From assembly GCA_045577835.1 (NCBI GenBank), contig JAZNJD010000053.1:1252-65251 (forward strand): a DNA stretch of 64,000 nucleotides. The letters are read 5' to 3'. The notes under the pieces are model-generated. The model was not told the DNA's origin. It made no database searches and saw only the letters and a program-made list of their open reading frames with translations. Each line of letters starts with the position of its first letter. The first letter of the stretch is position 1. The stretch is from Acutalibacteraceae bacterium (GTDB lineage Bacteria > Bacillota > Clostridia > Oscillospirales > Acutalibacteraceae). Shown here in pieces: positions 21,509 to 31,786 of this stretch. Both the position numbers and the translations under genes were made by a program.

Positions 21509-23875
21509 ATGGATTTTCTCTCTTTACGCAAAAAATTAATAGAAAAAGACTTTGGCGGTATGAACGACCGTCAGTTTGAGGCTGTAACCACCGTAAACGG
21601 TCCTCTTTTAGTGCTTGCAGGTGCAGGTAGCGGTAAAACAACCGTGCTTGTAAACAGAATTGCCAACCTTGTAAAATACGGTGACGCTTATCTATCAGAC
21701 GAGATACCTTTTTACACCGAAGCAGATATTAAAGAGGCTAATAATTATCTCTCAGGTCTTACCGACAACTTAATTTCAGGCGCTTTTTCCGTTAACGCGC
21801 CAAGACCATGGGAAATACTTGCAATAACCTTTACCAACAAGGCGGCGGGCGAGCTTAAAAGCCGTATTTGTGCTAAACTCGGTGAAAACGGTAACAGCAT
21901 CTGGGCGGGTACGTTTCATTCGGTTTGCGGTAAAATTCTCCGTGTTAACGCAGAGCGTGCCGGCTACACCTCTCACTTCACAATCTATGATACCGATGAC
22001 CAAAAGCGTGTTATGAAGGAGATTATGAAGTCAGAGGGTATAGACGAAAAGATGTTCCCTGTAAGGAGCGTTCTCTCGGCAATTTCTAACGCTAAGGATT
22101 CGCTTATTTCTCCTGAGGAATTCGAGAAAAATACAGGCAGCGATTACCGTATGCAAAAAATTGCAATTCTTTACAAAGAGTATCAAAAGAGGTTAAAATC
22201 AGCCGATGCTATGGATTTTGACGATATGATAACCGAAACGGTTAATATGTTCAAAAAAAATCCTGAGCTTTTAAAATACTATCAAAACAAATTCAAATAC
22301 ATAATGGTAGACGAATATCAGGATACCAACCACGCTCAGTATGTTCTTGTAAATCTCTTATCAAGAGCGCATAAAAACCTCTGTGTTGTGGGTGATGACG
22401 ACCAGAGTATATACCGTTTTAGAGGCGCTACCATTGAAAATATACTAAACTTTGAGGACGATTACGATAACGCTAAAACCATTCGTCTTGAGCAAAATTA
22501 TCGTTCAAAAGCCAATATTCTTAATGCCGCCAACCACCTTATCAGCAACAACAAGGGCAGAAAGGGTAAAAACCTTTGGACCGATAAGGGCGACGGCGAC
22601 CTTATAAATGTTCACACCGCAACTGACGAGCGAGAAGAGGCAAAATATGTTGCCAATAAAATACTTGAAAATGTTAAAAACGGCGGTAAATTTTCTCAAA
22701 ATGCCGTTTTATACCGTATGAATGCGCAGTCGGCAGCAGTTGAAAATGTGTTCGCAAGAAGCGGCATCTCATACACCGTAATCGGCGGTCACCGTTTCTA
22801 TGACCGCAAGGAAATCAAGGATGTTTTGGCATATCTTTGTGTTATAAATAATTTCGCCGATAATTTAAGGCTTAAAAGAATTATAAACGAGCCAAAAAGG
22901 GGTATCGGCGATACAACCGTTAACAACGCCGCCGCAATAGCCGAATCTTTAGGTCTGTCTCTTTTTGAGGTCTTTAAAAATGCGGAGGATTATCCTACCA
23001 TTTCGCGTGCCGCAGTAAAGCTTAAAGAATTCTGCGCTATGATAGAAAATCTAGCTTTGTTAGCAGAAAGCGAGTCTATCAGCACACTTGTTGAAACAAT
23101 GCTCGATAAAACAGGCTATATGGATTCACTTATAATTGACACCTCCCCCGATGCTATTGATAGAAAGGCAAACGTTGAAGAGTTTGTATCTACCGTTGTG
23201 GCATACGAAAATGAAAACGAAGAGCCCTCACTTTCAGGATTTTTAGAGGAAATAGCGCTTGTTACCGATATTGATGCGCTAAATTCCTCTGAGGACCGTA
23301 CCGTTATGATGACAATACATTCGGCTAAGGGACTTGAATTTGATAATGTTTTCCTTGTAGGCTTAGAGGAGGGTATATTCCCCGGTATGCAGTCTATCTA
23401 TGGCGGTGCGGCAGAAATTGAGGAGGAAAGGCGCTTAGCCTACGTTGCTGTGACAAGAGCAAAGCAAAAGCTTACTATTACAAACACCTCATCCCGTATG
23501 CTTTACGGCTCAACAACACGAAACTTACCCTCAAGATTTTTAAACGAAATACCAACAGAATACAGAAACGATACCTGTGATGTTCAGCGTAGCTTCTTTG
23601 GTAGCACCTCTTCTGCTAGCGGACATAACGATAGCTTCGCTCCCCGACAGGCTGCAAAAAGTAATCCTGTATCGTTTGGAAGCAGTTCGTTTAAAAAGGC
23701 ACAGACCGCGTCTGTCTCTTATTCTGCGGGACAGTGTGTTATGCATAACACCTTCGGCAAGGGAATGATAATAAAGGCTACACCTATGGGTAGTGATACT
23801 CTGCTCGAAATAGCATTCGACAATGTTGGCACAAAAAAGCTTATGGCAAACTTCGCCAAGCTTAAAACACTTTAA
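21509..23875 (+). CDS. pcrA: ATP-dependent DNA helicase PcrA/UvrD
   Basis: 788 aa. AGAGSGKT, TFTNKAA, VDEYQDTN, QNYRS and VTRAK SF1 helicase motifs. Confidence 0.92.
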   Translation: MDFLSLRKKLIEKDFGGMNDRQFEAVTTVNGPLLVLAGAGSGKTTVLVNRIANLVKYGDAYLSDEIPFYTEADIKEANNYLSGLTDNLISGAFSVNAPRPWEILAITFTNKAAGELKSRICAKLGENGNSIWAGTFHSVCGKILRVNAERAGYTSHFTIYDTDDQKRVMKEIMKSEGIDEKMFPVRSVLSAISNAKDSLISPEEFEKNTGSDYRMQKIAILYKEYQKRLKSADAMDFDDMITETVNMFKKNPELLKYYQNKFKYIMVDEYQDTNHAQYVLVNLLSRAHKNLCVVGDDDQSIYRFRGATIENILNFEDDYDNAKTIRLEQNYRSKANILNAANHLISNNKGRKGKNLWTDKGDGDLINVHTATDEREEAKYVANKILENVKNGGKFSQNAVLYRMNAQSAAVENVFARSGISYTVIGGHRFYDRKEIKDVLAYLCVINNFADNLRLKRIINEPKRGIGDTTVNNAAAIAESLGLSLFEVFKNAEDYPTISRAAVKLKEFCAMIENLALLAESESISTLVETMLDKTGYMDSLIIDTSPDAIDRKANVEEFVSTVVAYENENEEPSLSGFLEEIALVTDIDALNSSEDRTVMMTIHSAKGLEFDNVFLVGLEEGIFPGMQSIYGGAAEIEEERRLAYVAVTRAKQKLTITNTSSRMLYGSTTRNLPSRFLNEIPTEYRNDTCDVQRSFFGSTSSASGHNDSFAPRQAAKSNPVSFGSSSFKKAQTASVSYSAGQCVMHNTFGKGMIIKATPMGSDTLLEIAFDNVGTKKLMANFAKLKTL

Positions 23876-23905
23876 AATTTTCACATTTATAAGGAGTGAA
23901 AATAT

Positions 23906-24697
23906 ATGGCAATACCATCACAAGCTGTAAGAAACACCGCTAGGGCGGCGCTTAAGGGTAATTGGCTTATGGCCTCGAGCGCCTGTCTTACCTTTTTATT
24001 GGCGGTTACCTTAATTTATTTTTCATGCTCACTGCTTTCGTCGGTTATACCCGACATTATAGCCACTATCATTTTATATGTCTTAATAGTTTTTTTGCTT
24101 TCTCCTATTTTTTTAGGACTTATTAGATTTTTCAAAAATCTGATATTTGAAACAAACATCGGTTTATCGGAAATTTTTATTTATCTATCGGCATTTTCAG
24201 CTTATAAAAGGGCATTAAAACTCATTTTAGAGCTTTTGGCAAGGCTTCTCTTCTATTCTGCTATCTGCTTTTTGCCCGCAGGTACCGTAAAGCTGATAAC
24301 CACCGATTTCTTCTTCGGTCTTCTAAATATCGATATCCCCTTATGGAGTCAGAGTCTTGACACACTTCTCTCGTTTTTACTCGGTATGGGTGCACTTGCT
24401 ACCTTTATTATAATGCTTCGCTATTATTTAGCGCCATTTCTTTTGGTCAGCGACGATAATATGGCGGTTGACGAGGCAATTCACATGGCAACCGTAATAT
24501 CACGCCGTTCTTCAAATGAGCTGTGGTCTTTAATCCTCAGCTTTTCGGGTTATATTTTACTAACGGTGTTTATGATTCCTCTAATTTTCACCCTACCCTA
24601 CTTTTTATGTGCATTAGCTGTTCATTCACGCTTTGCGATTACAAATTATAATTTAACTATAGCCAAAGCATATAATTTCAAGGAGAATAGTTTATGA
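23906..24697 (+). CDS. DUF975-family integral membrane protein
   Basis: 263 aa with multiple TM segments. The N-terminal ARAALKGNW motif is typical of DUF975. Confidence 0.6.
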   Translation: MAIPSQAVRNTARAALKGNWLMASSACLTFLLAVTLIYFSCSLLSSVIPDIIATIILYVLIVFLLSPIFLGLIRFFKNLIFETNIGLSEIFIYLSAFSAYKRALKLILELLARLLFYSAICFLPAGTVKLITTDFFFGLLNIDIPLWSQSLDTLLSFLLGMGALATFIIMLRYYLAPFLLVSDDNMAVDEAIHMATVISRRSSNELWSLILSFSGYILLTVFMIPLIFTLPYFLCALAVHSRFAITNYNLTIAKAYNFKENSL

Positions 24698-25131
24698 AAA
24701 CAAAACCGTTGTTTTTTATAGTTTATGCTATAACACTTATCATAACGCTGGTAAATCTGTTTTTCACAATTAAAAGCAGTCTTTTCGCCGATATAAATGA
24801 GCTTCCCGAGGGTAAAATTCTTTATTCCTCTGTTTCCCCTACAGGCAACAAGGTGGTTAATGTTTACCGCATAGAAAATGCTCTCGGTACAGCTGTTAGA
24901 GCCGAGCTTAAAACTAACGGCAAACACACAAACGTTTTTTGGCAAACGGGAATAGATAATGTTGATATTTATTGGGAAAACAACGATGTTGCGGTTATAA
25001 ACAGTATTCCGCTTAACGTTGCTCACGGCGGATTTTATGACTGTAGAAATGGTGTTTCTCTCTTTAGTGCGGGCGCTATCGAGGGCGAAGGCTTTGTTGA
25101 CGAACAGGGTAATATAATACCTAAAAATTAA
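24694..25131 (+). CDS. DUF5412-like membrane-anchored protein
   Basis: 145 aa. N-terminal TM, then LPEGK...SPTGNKVVNVY...WENNDVAVINSIPLNV, resembling DUF5412. Start overlaps the upstream stop (ATGA). Confidence 0.4.
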   Translation: MKTKPLFFIVYAITLIITLVNLFFTIKSSLFADINELPEGKILYSSVSPTGNKVVNVYRIENALGTAVRAELKTNGKHTNVFWQTGIDNVDIYWENNDVAVINSIPLNVAHGGFYDCRNGVSLFSAGAIEGEGFVDEQGNIIPKN

Positions 25132-25135
25132 AACT

Positions 25136-26473
25136 ATGATAAAGAAAAACGATATTATAGAGCTTGAAATTACAGATTATACCGATAAAGGCTTCGGTAT
25201 CGGCAGATACGAGGGTATTGCAGTTTTTGTGCCGCTTTCTGCTATCGAAGATAAATTAAAGGTTAGAATTGTAAAGCTTAAAAAGAGCTATGCCTATGGT
25301 AAAATAGAGGAAATTTTATCACCCTCAAAGGATAGAGTAGAACCCGACTGTCCTGTTTTTTCAAAATGCGGAGGTTGTGCTTTTAGGCATATAAGCTATG
25401 AAAGCGAATTAAAATATAAAGAAAATGCAGTGTATAACTGTATAAAAAGGATAGGCGGCATAGATTTAGCGCCAAATCCTATAAAGTTCTTATCCCCTAA
25501 CTTTTACCGAAATAAAGCACAATATCCTATAGATTTTGCGGGACAAGCAGGCTTTTATTCTACCCATTCACACAGAATAATCCCCTGTAACAGATGTCTT
25601 TTACAGCCAAAGTCCTTTGAAACTGCGGTAAAGGTTTTTGAAAATTGGATTAAGGAAAACGGTATTTCGGTATATAACGAAGAAGCCCACAAGGGACTAG
25701 TAAAGCATTTTTATCTGCGAAGTGCGGCTAGCGGCGATATTATGGCAGTAGTTGTTGTAAACGGTGACAGTCTGCCCTTTGCCGATAGGCTGATAAACGG
25801 TTTAAAATCAGCTTTAGGGGATAACTTTAAAAGTCTGCAGATAAATAAAAATAAGCAAAAAACCAATGTTGTTTTGGGTAAAGAATGTTCTGTTTTGTAC
25901 GGGGATAATAGCCTTTCCGACACCCTTTGCGGTGTAAAGGTGAATATTTCGCCGCTTTCCTTTTATCAGGTAAATCACGATATGGCGGAAATTCTTTATA
26001 AAACTGCTAAGGAATATGCAAAACCACAAGATAAAATAATTTTGGACCTTTATTGCGGCGCCGGAACCATAGGTCTTTCTATGGCAAGCGAGGCTAAACA
26101 GGTAATCGGTGTAGAGATTATTCCTGAGGCAGTTGAGGATGCTAAAAGGAATGCTAAAAACGGTGGATTTTCAAACACAGAGTTTATCTGTGCCGATGCT
26201 AAAGCCGCCGCAAAGGAATTAAAAACAAGGGGACTTTTGCCCGACGTAGTTATCGTAGACCCGCCAAGAAAGGGTTGTGACGAGGCACTTATAGAAACGG
26301 TAGCAAACGACTTTTGTCCTGAGCGAATAGTTTATGTTTCCTGTGACGCGGCAACACTTGCACGTGATATTAAGCTTTTCACAGAGCTCGGCTACACATT
26401 AAAAGAATACACTCCCTGCGACCTATTCCCTCGAACTAGCCATTGTGAATGCTGTGCTTTACTTACAAAATAA
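25136..26473 (+). CDS. rlmD: 23S rRNA (uracil-5-)-methyltransferase RumA/RlmD family
   Basis: TRAM domain N-terminus, CxxxxxxCGGC Fe-S motif (CPVFSKCGGCAF), SAM-binding DLYCGAGT, and DPPRKG. Confidence 0.88.
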   Translation: MIKKNDIIELEITDYTDKGFGIGRYEGIAVFVPLSAIEDKLKVRIVKLKKSYAYGKIEEILSPSKDRVEPDCPVFSKCGGCAFRHISYESELKYKENAVYNCIKRIGGIDLAPNPIKFLSPNFYRNKAQYPIDFAGQAGFYSTHSHRIIPCNRCLLQPKSFETAVKVFENWIKENGISVYNEEAHKGLVKHFYLRSAASGDIMAVVVVNGDSLPFADRLINGLKSALGDNFKSLQINKNKQKTNVVLGKECSVLYGDNSLSDTLCGVKVNISPLSFYQVNHDMAEILYKTAKEYAKPQDKIILDLYCGAGTIGLSMASEAKQVIGVEIIPEAVEDAKRNAKNGGFSNTEFICADAKAAAKELKTRGLLPDVVIVDPPRKGCDEALIETVANDFCPERIVYVSCDAATLARDIKLFTELGYTLKEYTPCDLFPRTSHCECCALLTK

Positions 26474-26485
26474 TATAAACTAAAC

Positions 26486-26523
26486 CCACGGCTATCGTAA
26501 AACCGATAGCCGTGGTTTTTTTA
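26486..26523. terminator. Bidirectional intrinsic terminator between rlmD and the phage-like operon
   Basis: Perfect 12-bp stem CCACGGCTATCG / CGATAGCCGTGG with a 6-nt loop, flanked by an A-run and a T8 run. Confidence 0.85.
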
Positions 26524-27693
26524 TATCAAATCTTTAGTTGCTTTTTTATTTAGTTCATTTTCCGAAAAGAGATAGGAATAGGAAAAGAATATGTAACCGC
26601 TAAGTGTTTTATCCTTTTCTATTAGCTCTACCTGTCTTTTAAGTATATCGGTTTTCTCTTTCCATTCGTGACAATCGGGCTCTGTTTCTATGCCTATCTT
26701 ATAGGCGGCAAGACCTATCGTCAGCTTTACATCATAATCGCAAAGCAGCTTTTTCCAATCATTTAAAAGCCTATCAAATCGGTAGCTTCTATCGGGATAT
26801 TCAAAACCGAAATACAGCTGCGGAATAATTCTATCCGCACAAGAGTTTTCCGCCCACGCCGCTACATCGGCAAAATATTCATTATAGTTTTTATCTATTG
26901 AGGCAGCAGGACTTATACTAAACTCTATATCCTTATTATGAAACTTAATTGCCGTATAACAGCCGCTTATAAGAGAATTAACATTGGCTCTGCGAAAATC
27001 CTCAAGTGACATAGGATTTTTATTTTCGACGGTGTAATTCTCATACGAAGCGCTATCAAAAGCAGGGTCGGTAGTAGGATAAAAATAATCGTCAAAATGT
27101 ATACCGTCTACCTCATAACGTGATACCACCTCACGCACACCGTCTATTATAAGTCTTCTTACCTCACTCGAAGCGGGGTTTAGGTATATGCCGTTTGAAA
27201 TCAGTACATTATTATCGTTACTTGCGTCTTGGTCATTAAGCCAATTATAAACAGTGCCAAACGCTTCAAGAGTCGTAACATCGCTATCGGAGGTTTTCAC
27301 CCTATAAGGATTTATCCAGCCGTGAAAACGGATATTTTTACTGTGGCAGGTGTTTATCATAAATTCTAAAACATCATAATCCTTTTGGGCAGTTTTTCTA
27401 TGGGGGAAAAACTCGCTTTTATAAATTGCATCGGCGAAAGCTCTTATATGTATGTAAGCGTCGGTTATTCCGCCCATTTTCATTTTTTCTGCCGCATTCT
27501 CAAATTCTGTTTTAAAATCTGCAGAACTAAGCATTATATCAAGCTCTGAAAAGCTAATCCAAACCCCTTTTACAGTATCTACTACTTTCTCTGTTTTTTG
27601 CGGACTATTATTTTGTATAGTGCATCCACAAAGAGAAATTAGTATTATCAGCAGTGCTGAAAGTATCCTTTTTTTCATATACCTTCCCCTCAA
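26521..27693 (-). CDS. GHL10/DUF187-family (YngK-like) glycoside-hydrolase-like lipoprotein
   Basis: 390 aa. Lipobox LISLCGC. TIM-barrel-like motifs (GVWIS, HGWINPYR, DGIHFDDYFYP) typical of family-10-like glycosylhydrolase lipoproteins. Only 4 nt downstream of the 699-aa ORF. Confidence 0.65.
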   Translation of the reverse strand: MRGRYMKKRILSALLIILISLCGCTIQNNSPQKTEKVVDTVKGVWISFSELDIMLSSADFKTEFENAAEKMKMGGITDAYIHIRAFADAIYKSEFFPHRKTAQKDYDVLEFMINTCHSKNIRFHGWINPYRVKTSDSDVTTLEAFGTVYNWLNDQDASNDNNVLISNGIYLNPASSEVRRLIIDGVREVVSRYEVDGIHFDDYFYPTTDPAFDSASYENYTVENKNPMSLEDFRRANVNSLISGCYTAIKFHNKDIEFSISPAASIDKNYNEYFADVAAWAENSCADRIIPQLYFGFEYPDRSYRFDRLLNDWKKLLCDYDVKLTIGLAAYKIGIETEPDCHEWKEKTDILKRQVELIEKDKTLSGYIFFSYSYLFSENELNKKATKDLI

Positions 27694-27697
27694 AAAA

Positions 27698-29797
27698 TTA
27701 TATTAGGTTTTTATATTTTATAGAAATCCCTTTAAGACTTATCGGCTTTTTAGATAGTATAGTTATACCAACGCCGTATGTTCCTTTAAAATGCGGAGCA
27801 AGTCTTATCGGTGAATAGCCTTTTTGTGCGCATAACACCGTTTGCTTGTATTCTATCACTCCGTCACTTAATATTATATCAGCTTCACCGATAAAATCCA
27901 TACTTATATATACTTCTTCTATTATTTTCCTTACATTAGGTGCACCAAAACAAAAAAACTTTGTTGTTATATTACTCTCTATTTCAAACTCTTTTTCTGC
28001 CGCAGCAGAATTTTCAAAGGTTAAAACCTTATCGTATTGCTCGTAAAACGACGCCAAAACGCAGTATTTACCAGCGGTATCGCCGCAAACAAGCTGCATT
28101 TTGCCACCATTAGAAAATCCTGAATAGTATTTTTGGTAGGGCAGTTTCATTACATACCAGGAAATGCTCTCACTTCGGTCGCCTAGTGCTGTGTAAACAG
28201 GCGAAATGCCAAAGTTTTTAATACTGTAATTTAGCATATAAAGGCTTTGCGCTATATAAAGCACATAATAACCGTCCATATTAATAGCAAAAGCATTTGA
28301 AAGCTCTTGCGTACTGTATGCCTTTAAGATATTTTCAATAGGCGTTGATACACAGTATATATTATTCTCTTTTCCGTAGGTTGTAGTAGCTAGTGTGTAT
28401 ACATTTGCATCGTTTGAAAGCCATACTAATCGGTTACCGCAAACCTTAACCGTATTTTTATCAATACATCCTATGCTTCCGTGAATAAGGGAAAGTGTTA
28501 TTTGCTTATTTTCAAAAACGGTGGTGTTACTACCTACAAGAGTATCCGAAAGCAGTTCGCTCTCATTCTTTTTAATAGATACCTGATAAATTTCAGTATT
28601 TTTAAAGGCTATCAGCTTATTGTTTTGAACCGCCATAGCGGTTACAGTATCACTAGGATTACCCACCGATGCCTTCATATTTTCGGGGAAATAGAGTGGG
28701 TTTTCTCTTGTGGTTGTATAGATGTTACTCGGTTTATAACCATTTCCGTAAAAAAGCACGTTAGAATTGTATATTTGACAGTGCTTACATCCTATTATTT
28801 CATCTATCGGCGCAACATTCGCCCTTGATGCCTCTAGCAACACATTATTGTTACCTATTATATAACTTCTCGGCATCGGAAAAGCATTACCCTGTTCATC
28901 ATAAAAAGATACATACCCTAAACTCCTATAACAATGCATTGTTATATTTCCGTTATCGGTGACAGCCGTTGCCGAATTTTCACCCGCCTTAATCAGCCAT
29001 TCGTGGTAATAGCCTTGAGATATGTATACCCTGCATAAAACAGTACTGTCGCTACTAAGCTTTGTAGGAAGCTCGAACTGAGTCGAATATCCATCGCTCG
29101 AATAATACGCTCTAAAACGGGATGTTAGCATATTATACCTTTCAGGCTTAACAACACTAGGTGTGCTAAAATCGCTTTGCGTTACAGCCTCCAGATATTT
29201 GTTGCCCTTTCCGTTCATTAAAACAACGGGAACATAAAAACTATCCTCATACACCATTTCCCACTCGCTATAGGTAGAGTTAAGCTCATATATCTCATAA
29301 ATACTGTCCGCACCTGATTTGCGGCTTAAAAAAGCATAAAGCCCGCAACCGTTATTTTTGCTTCCCACTAAAAATATTATGTTATCAAATTCATAATATA
29401 TGTCATAACTTGTCCGACGAATATCAAAGCTTCCCGCTTCTGTAAGCATACCGTCAGGGGAAACAAGATATACATATAGCCTTTGATAACTTGTATAGTC
29501 ACCAAAAAGTGCATATGCAACCCTGTGGATTTTATTGTCCTTTAAAAGCTCGGTATCGGTTACGGTGAGACCTTTGTGAAAGTGCCCGTCCGTTTCAAAG
29601 CCGCCTATTGCTTCATCTAGATTAAACGATAATCCCTTACGGCTTGAAAGCATTCCGTTTTTAAATAAGAGGTTAGCACCGTCGCTTAACTGATTATCAA
29701 GTATCAAATCTTCTGGGGTGTAGGTGTTTAGTCCTCCGTCAAAGCACTCGAAAGCAAATTCCTTTATGGGAGTGTTTTTAAGGTGTGAATACCTCAT
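27698..29797 (-). CDS. Large phage-like structural protein (candidate tail hub/nozzle or stabilisation protein)
   Basis: 699 aa, beta-rich with repeated blade-like segments. Follows portal and adaptor in the operon. N-terminal FDGGLNTY...LSDGANLLFKNGMLSSRKG resembles podovirus portal-proximal tail proteins. Functional call is positional. Confidence 0.4.
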   Translation of the reverse strand: MRYSHLKNTPIKEFAFECFDGGLNTYTPEDLILDNQLSDGANLLFKNGMLSSRKGLSFNLDEAIGGFETDGHFHKGLTVTDTELLKDNKIHRVAYALFGDYTSYQRLYVYLVSPDGMLTEAGSFDIRRTSYDIYYEFDNIIFLVGSKNNGCGLYAFLSRKSGADSIYEIYELNSTYSEWEMVYEDSFYVPVVLMNGKGNKYLEAVTQSDFSTPSVVKPERYNMLTSRFRAYYSSDGYSTQFELPTKLSSDSTVLCRVYISQGYYHEWLIKAGENSATAVTDNGNITMHCYRSLGYVSFYDEQGNAFPMPRSYIIGNNNVLLEASRANVAPIDEIIGCKHCQIYNSNVLFYGNGYKPSNIYTTTRENPLYFPENMKASVGNPSDTVTAMAVQNNKLIAFKNTEIYQVSIKKNESELLSDTLVGSNTTVFENKQITLSLIHGSIGCIDKNTVKVCGNRLVWLSNDANVYTLATTTYGKENNIYCVSTPIENILKAYSTQELSNAFAINMDGYYVLYIAQSLYMLNYSIKNFGISPVYTALGDRSESISWYVMKLPYQKYYSGFSNGGKMQLVCGDTAGKYCVLASFYEQYDKVLTFENSAAAEKEFEIESNITTKFFCFGAPNVRKIIEEVYISMDFIGEADIILSDGVIEYKQTVLCAQKGYSPIRLAPHFKGTYGVGITILSKKPISLKGISIKYKNLI

Positions 29798-29799
29798 AA

Positions 29800-30147
29800 C
29801 TACACCTCACAATTCGGGAAAACATCGGTTATTTTTGATATTTGCGATTTAGCCTCTGCCCTTTTTGCATTATAAAGCTCTGTAAAAAGCCTGTTTTTAT
29901 CTCCATCGCCCTCTGATAAGCTAAGCAGCATACAAACACCGTATATAAGCGCAGCCTCATGTTCGATAGCTAGCTCAAATTCCTCTAAAAAATTATTTAC
30001 AGGCGGCATTTTAAAAAGGTCAAAGCCTATGCGGTTAACAAATTCTACCGCTCGTTTTTTAAGTATATCGTTATCCTCTACCGAAAGGTATAGATTGTTA
30101 TAGCCTAGTAGCTTTACAACCGAATTATAGATATCATTTACCGTCAT
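29800..30147 (-). CDS. Small phage-like head-completion/adaptor candidate
   Basis: 115 aa, helical. Overlaps the portal stop by 14 nt and ends 2 nt before the 699-aa ORF. Call is by position and size only. Confidence 0.3.
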   Translation of the reverse strand: MTVNDIYNSVVKLLGYNNLYLSVEDNDILKKRAVEFVNRIGFDLFKMPPVNNFLEEFELAIEHEAALIYGVCMLLSLSEGDGDKNRLFTELYNAKRAEAKSQISKITDVFPNCEV

Positions 30148-31717
30148 CCTCTGTTTCCCCCTCTTTGAAAATTGACTCTGTATCGGAGATTATGCCTTTA
30201 GGAAGCCTTGCAACATACTGCTTTTCGTTTATAATTCCCTTTTCGAGTAGTTTATCTAAAACCTCAATGGTCTCATTCGCACTAAAGATAGTTTTATCAA
30301 CTACATCGGCTTTAGCGGTGAGATAAAGATGCTTATATCTTGATGCATCAAAATCCATAAAATAGGTGCCTGCTTCATCCACTATTTTGATTTTTCTAAA
30401 TCCGTAATGTGTAATCCAAAAGTCCGCCCAAATTCGAGTTATTCTCTCTATAAAACCGTAAAATCTTTTCTTCATAAGCTTAAGCGGAAGTGTTGCCGCA
30501 CTCTGCATAGTGAGTAGCGCACTGTTGTTTTCTGCCCTTGTATCACCAAGAGCAACATCATTAGCGCCGCTTTGAACGAGGGTGTTTTTTATAAGGTTGT
30601 TTGTAGCATCGCCGAACTCGTTGCAGATATCGGGCGGTGTGACATACCTCACCGCTCCCGCTACATCCTCATTAGAACCGAAAACCTTGATAATCTGGCC
30701 TGGGTCGTTGGTGATATTTTCGTTTACCGTATCACCGTTTACAACCATCATTGGCATACCCATAGTAACCGCCGACCAAACATTTGCCGTAATCATTCTG
30801 TTAATAGCAATTTGGTTTGGTATTAAATAGGTAAGCTCGGTATCCCCGTAGGCTGAGTTTTTGCGTTCTTCCCAATGGAAAACCGCTATAGGATAGAGTC
30901 TTAATTTTGTGTCAAATGCATTTCTGACAACCGCCTTTTCGGTCACCTTTATACATTTAACGGTGGTGCTGCCGTCCGGATTTTTCTCCTTATAAAGCTT
31001 TGTAAGCACCAACACCTTATCCTCTTTTGTATCCCTTAGCTTTGCAACAGTATATTTATCTGCACCAAATCTTTCTGCCTCTAGGCTGACAGCCTTAGGG
31101 TCTAAAAGAGAGGCTATAATAATATAGTTTTGCGACTCAATATCCTCTGTGTATGGGTCTGCAAAATATACATCCTCAATATCAATAACCTCACTTTTAA
31201 TATCGCCTTTAACTGCAGTTTTGCTCTTATTGTCAGCATAAAGACCGGTGTTTATTTCACCGTCCCAATAGGTGTAAATTACACCGCTGCCACTTATAAA
31301 GGAATTTTTCAAAGCCCTAAGGCATAGATTATCAAAATCCATTCGCTCAGCGGTTACACTTCTATAGTTTGAAAGTGCAGATAAAACTGTATTTATTTCG
31401 TTGTTATTAACTTCCCTTTCGGTAAAGCTTTTAACTTTAAAATCTTTTTGCGAAATTTGAGGTATACCCTCGGCAGATATCTTTACAGAAATATCGTTTG
31501 CGAAAATTTGTGACATTTTATAGTCACCAATTCTTTTTATAATATTGTGGCGCACAAGCGGTTTTTTGGTTGTGTTATCGACACCGTGCCATTGATCTCC
31601 TGTATAAAACCTCTCGTTTATACGGCTTTGCTCATAAAGCCCTTTTGCACCTATGCTTCTTTTAAAATTTACACCCTTTGTGTATTCACTGAATATTTCC
31701 TGAGGTTTATATTTCAT
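30134..31717 (-). CDS. Phage portal protein
   Basis: 527 aa. N-terminal NERFYTGDQW motif and size are typical of portal proteins. Sits in the head-gene cluster. Confidence 0.65.
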   Translation of the reverse strand: MKYKPQEIFSEYTKGVNFKRSIGAKGLYEQSRINERFYTGDQWHGVDNTTKKPLVRHNIIKRIGDYKMSQIFANDISVKISAEGIPQISQKDFKVKSFTEREVNNNEINTVLSALSNYRSVTAERMDFDNLCLRALKNSFISGSGVIYTYWDGEINTGLYADNKSKTAVKGDIKSEVIDIEDVYFADPYTEDIESQNYIIIASLLDPKAVSLEAERFGADKYTVAKLRDTKEDKVLVLTKLYKEKNPDGSTTVKCIKVTEKAVVRNAFDTKLRLYPIAVFHWEERKNSAYGDTELTYLIPNQIAINRMITANVWSAVTMGMPMMVVNGDTVNENITNDPGQIIKVFGSNEDVAGAVRYVTPPDICNEFGDATNNLIKNTLVQSGANDVALGDTRAENNSALLTMQSAATLPLKLMKKRFYGFIERITRIWADFWITHYGFRKIKIVDEAGTYFMDFDASRYKHLYLTAKADVVDKTIFSANETIEVLDKLLEKGIINEKQYVARLPKGIISDTESIFKEGETEDDGK

Positions 31718-31737
31718 ATTTTTCCTCCTTTTAAAAA

Positions 31738-31775
31738 CCGCCCTGCCACCATTTTAGTCGGCAAGGCGGAAATAA
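31738..31775 (-). terminator. Intrinsic terminator/attenuator between capsid and portal genes
   Basis: Minus-strand CCGCCTTGCC-N13-GGCAGGGCGG stem followed by TTTTT, immediately before the portal RBS AAAGGAGG. Confidence 0.6.
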
Positions 31776-31786
31776 AGTTGTAAGGT

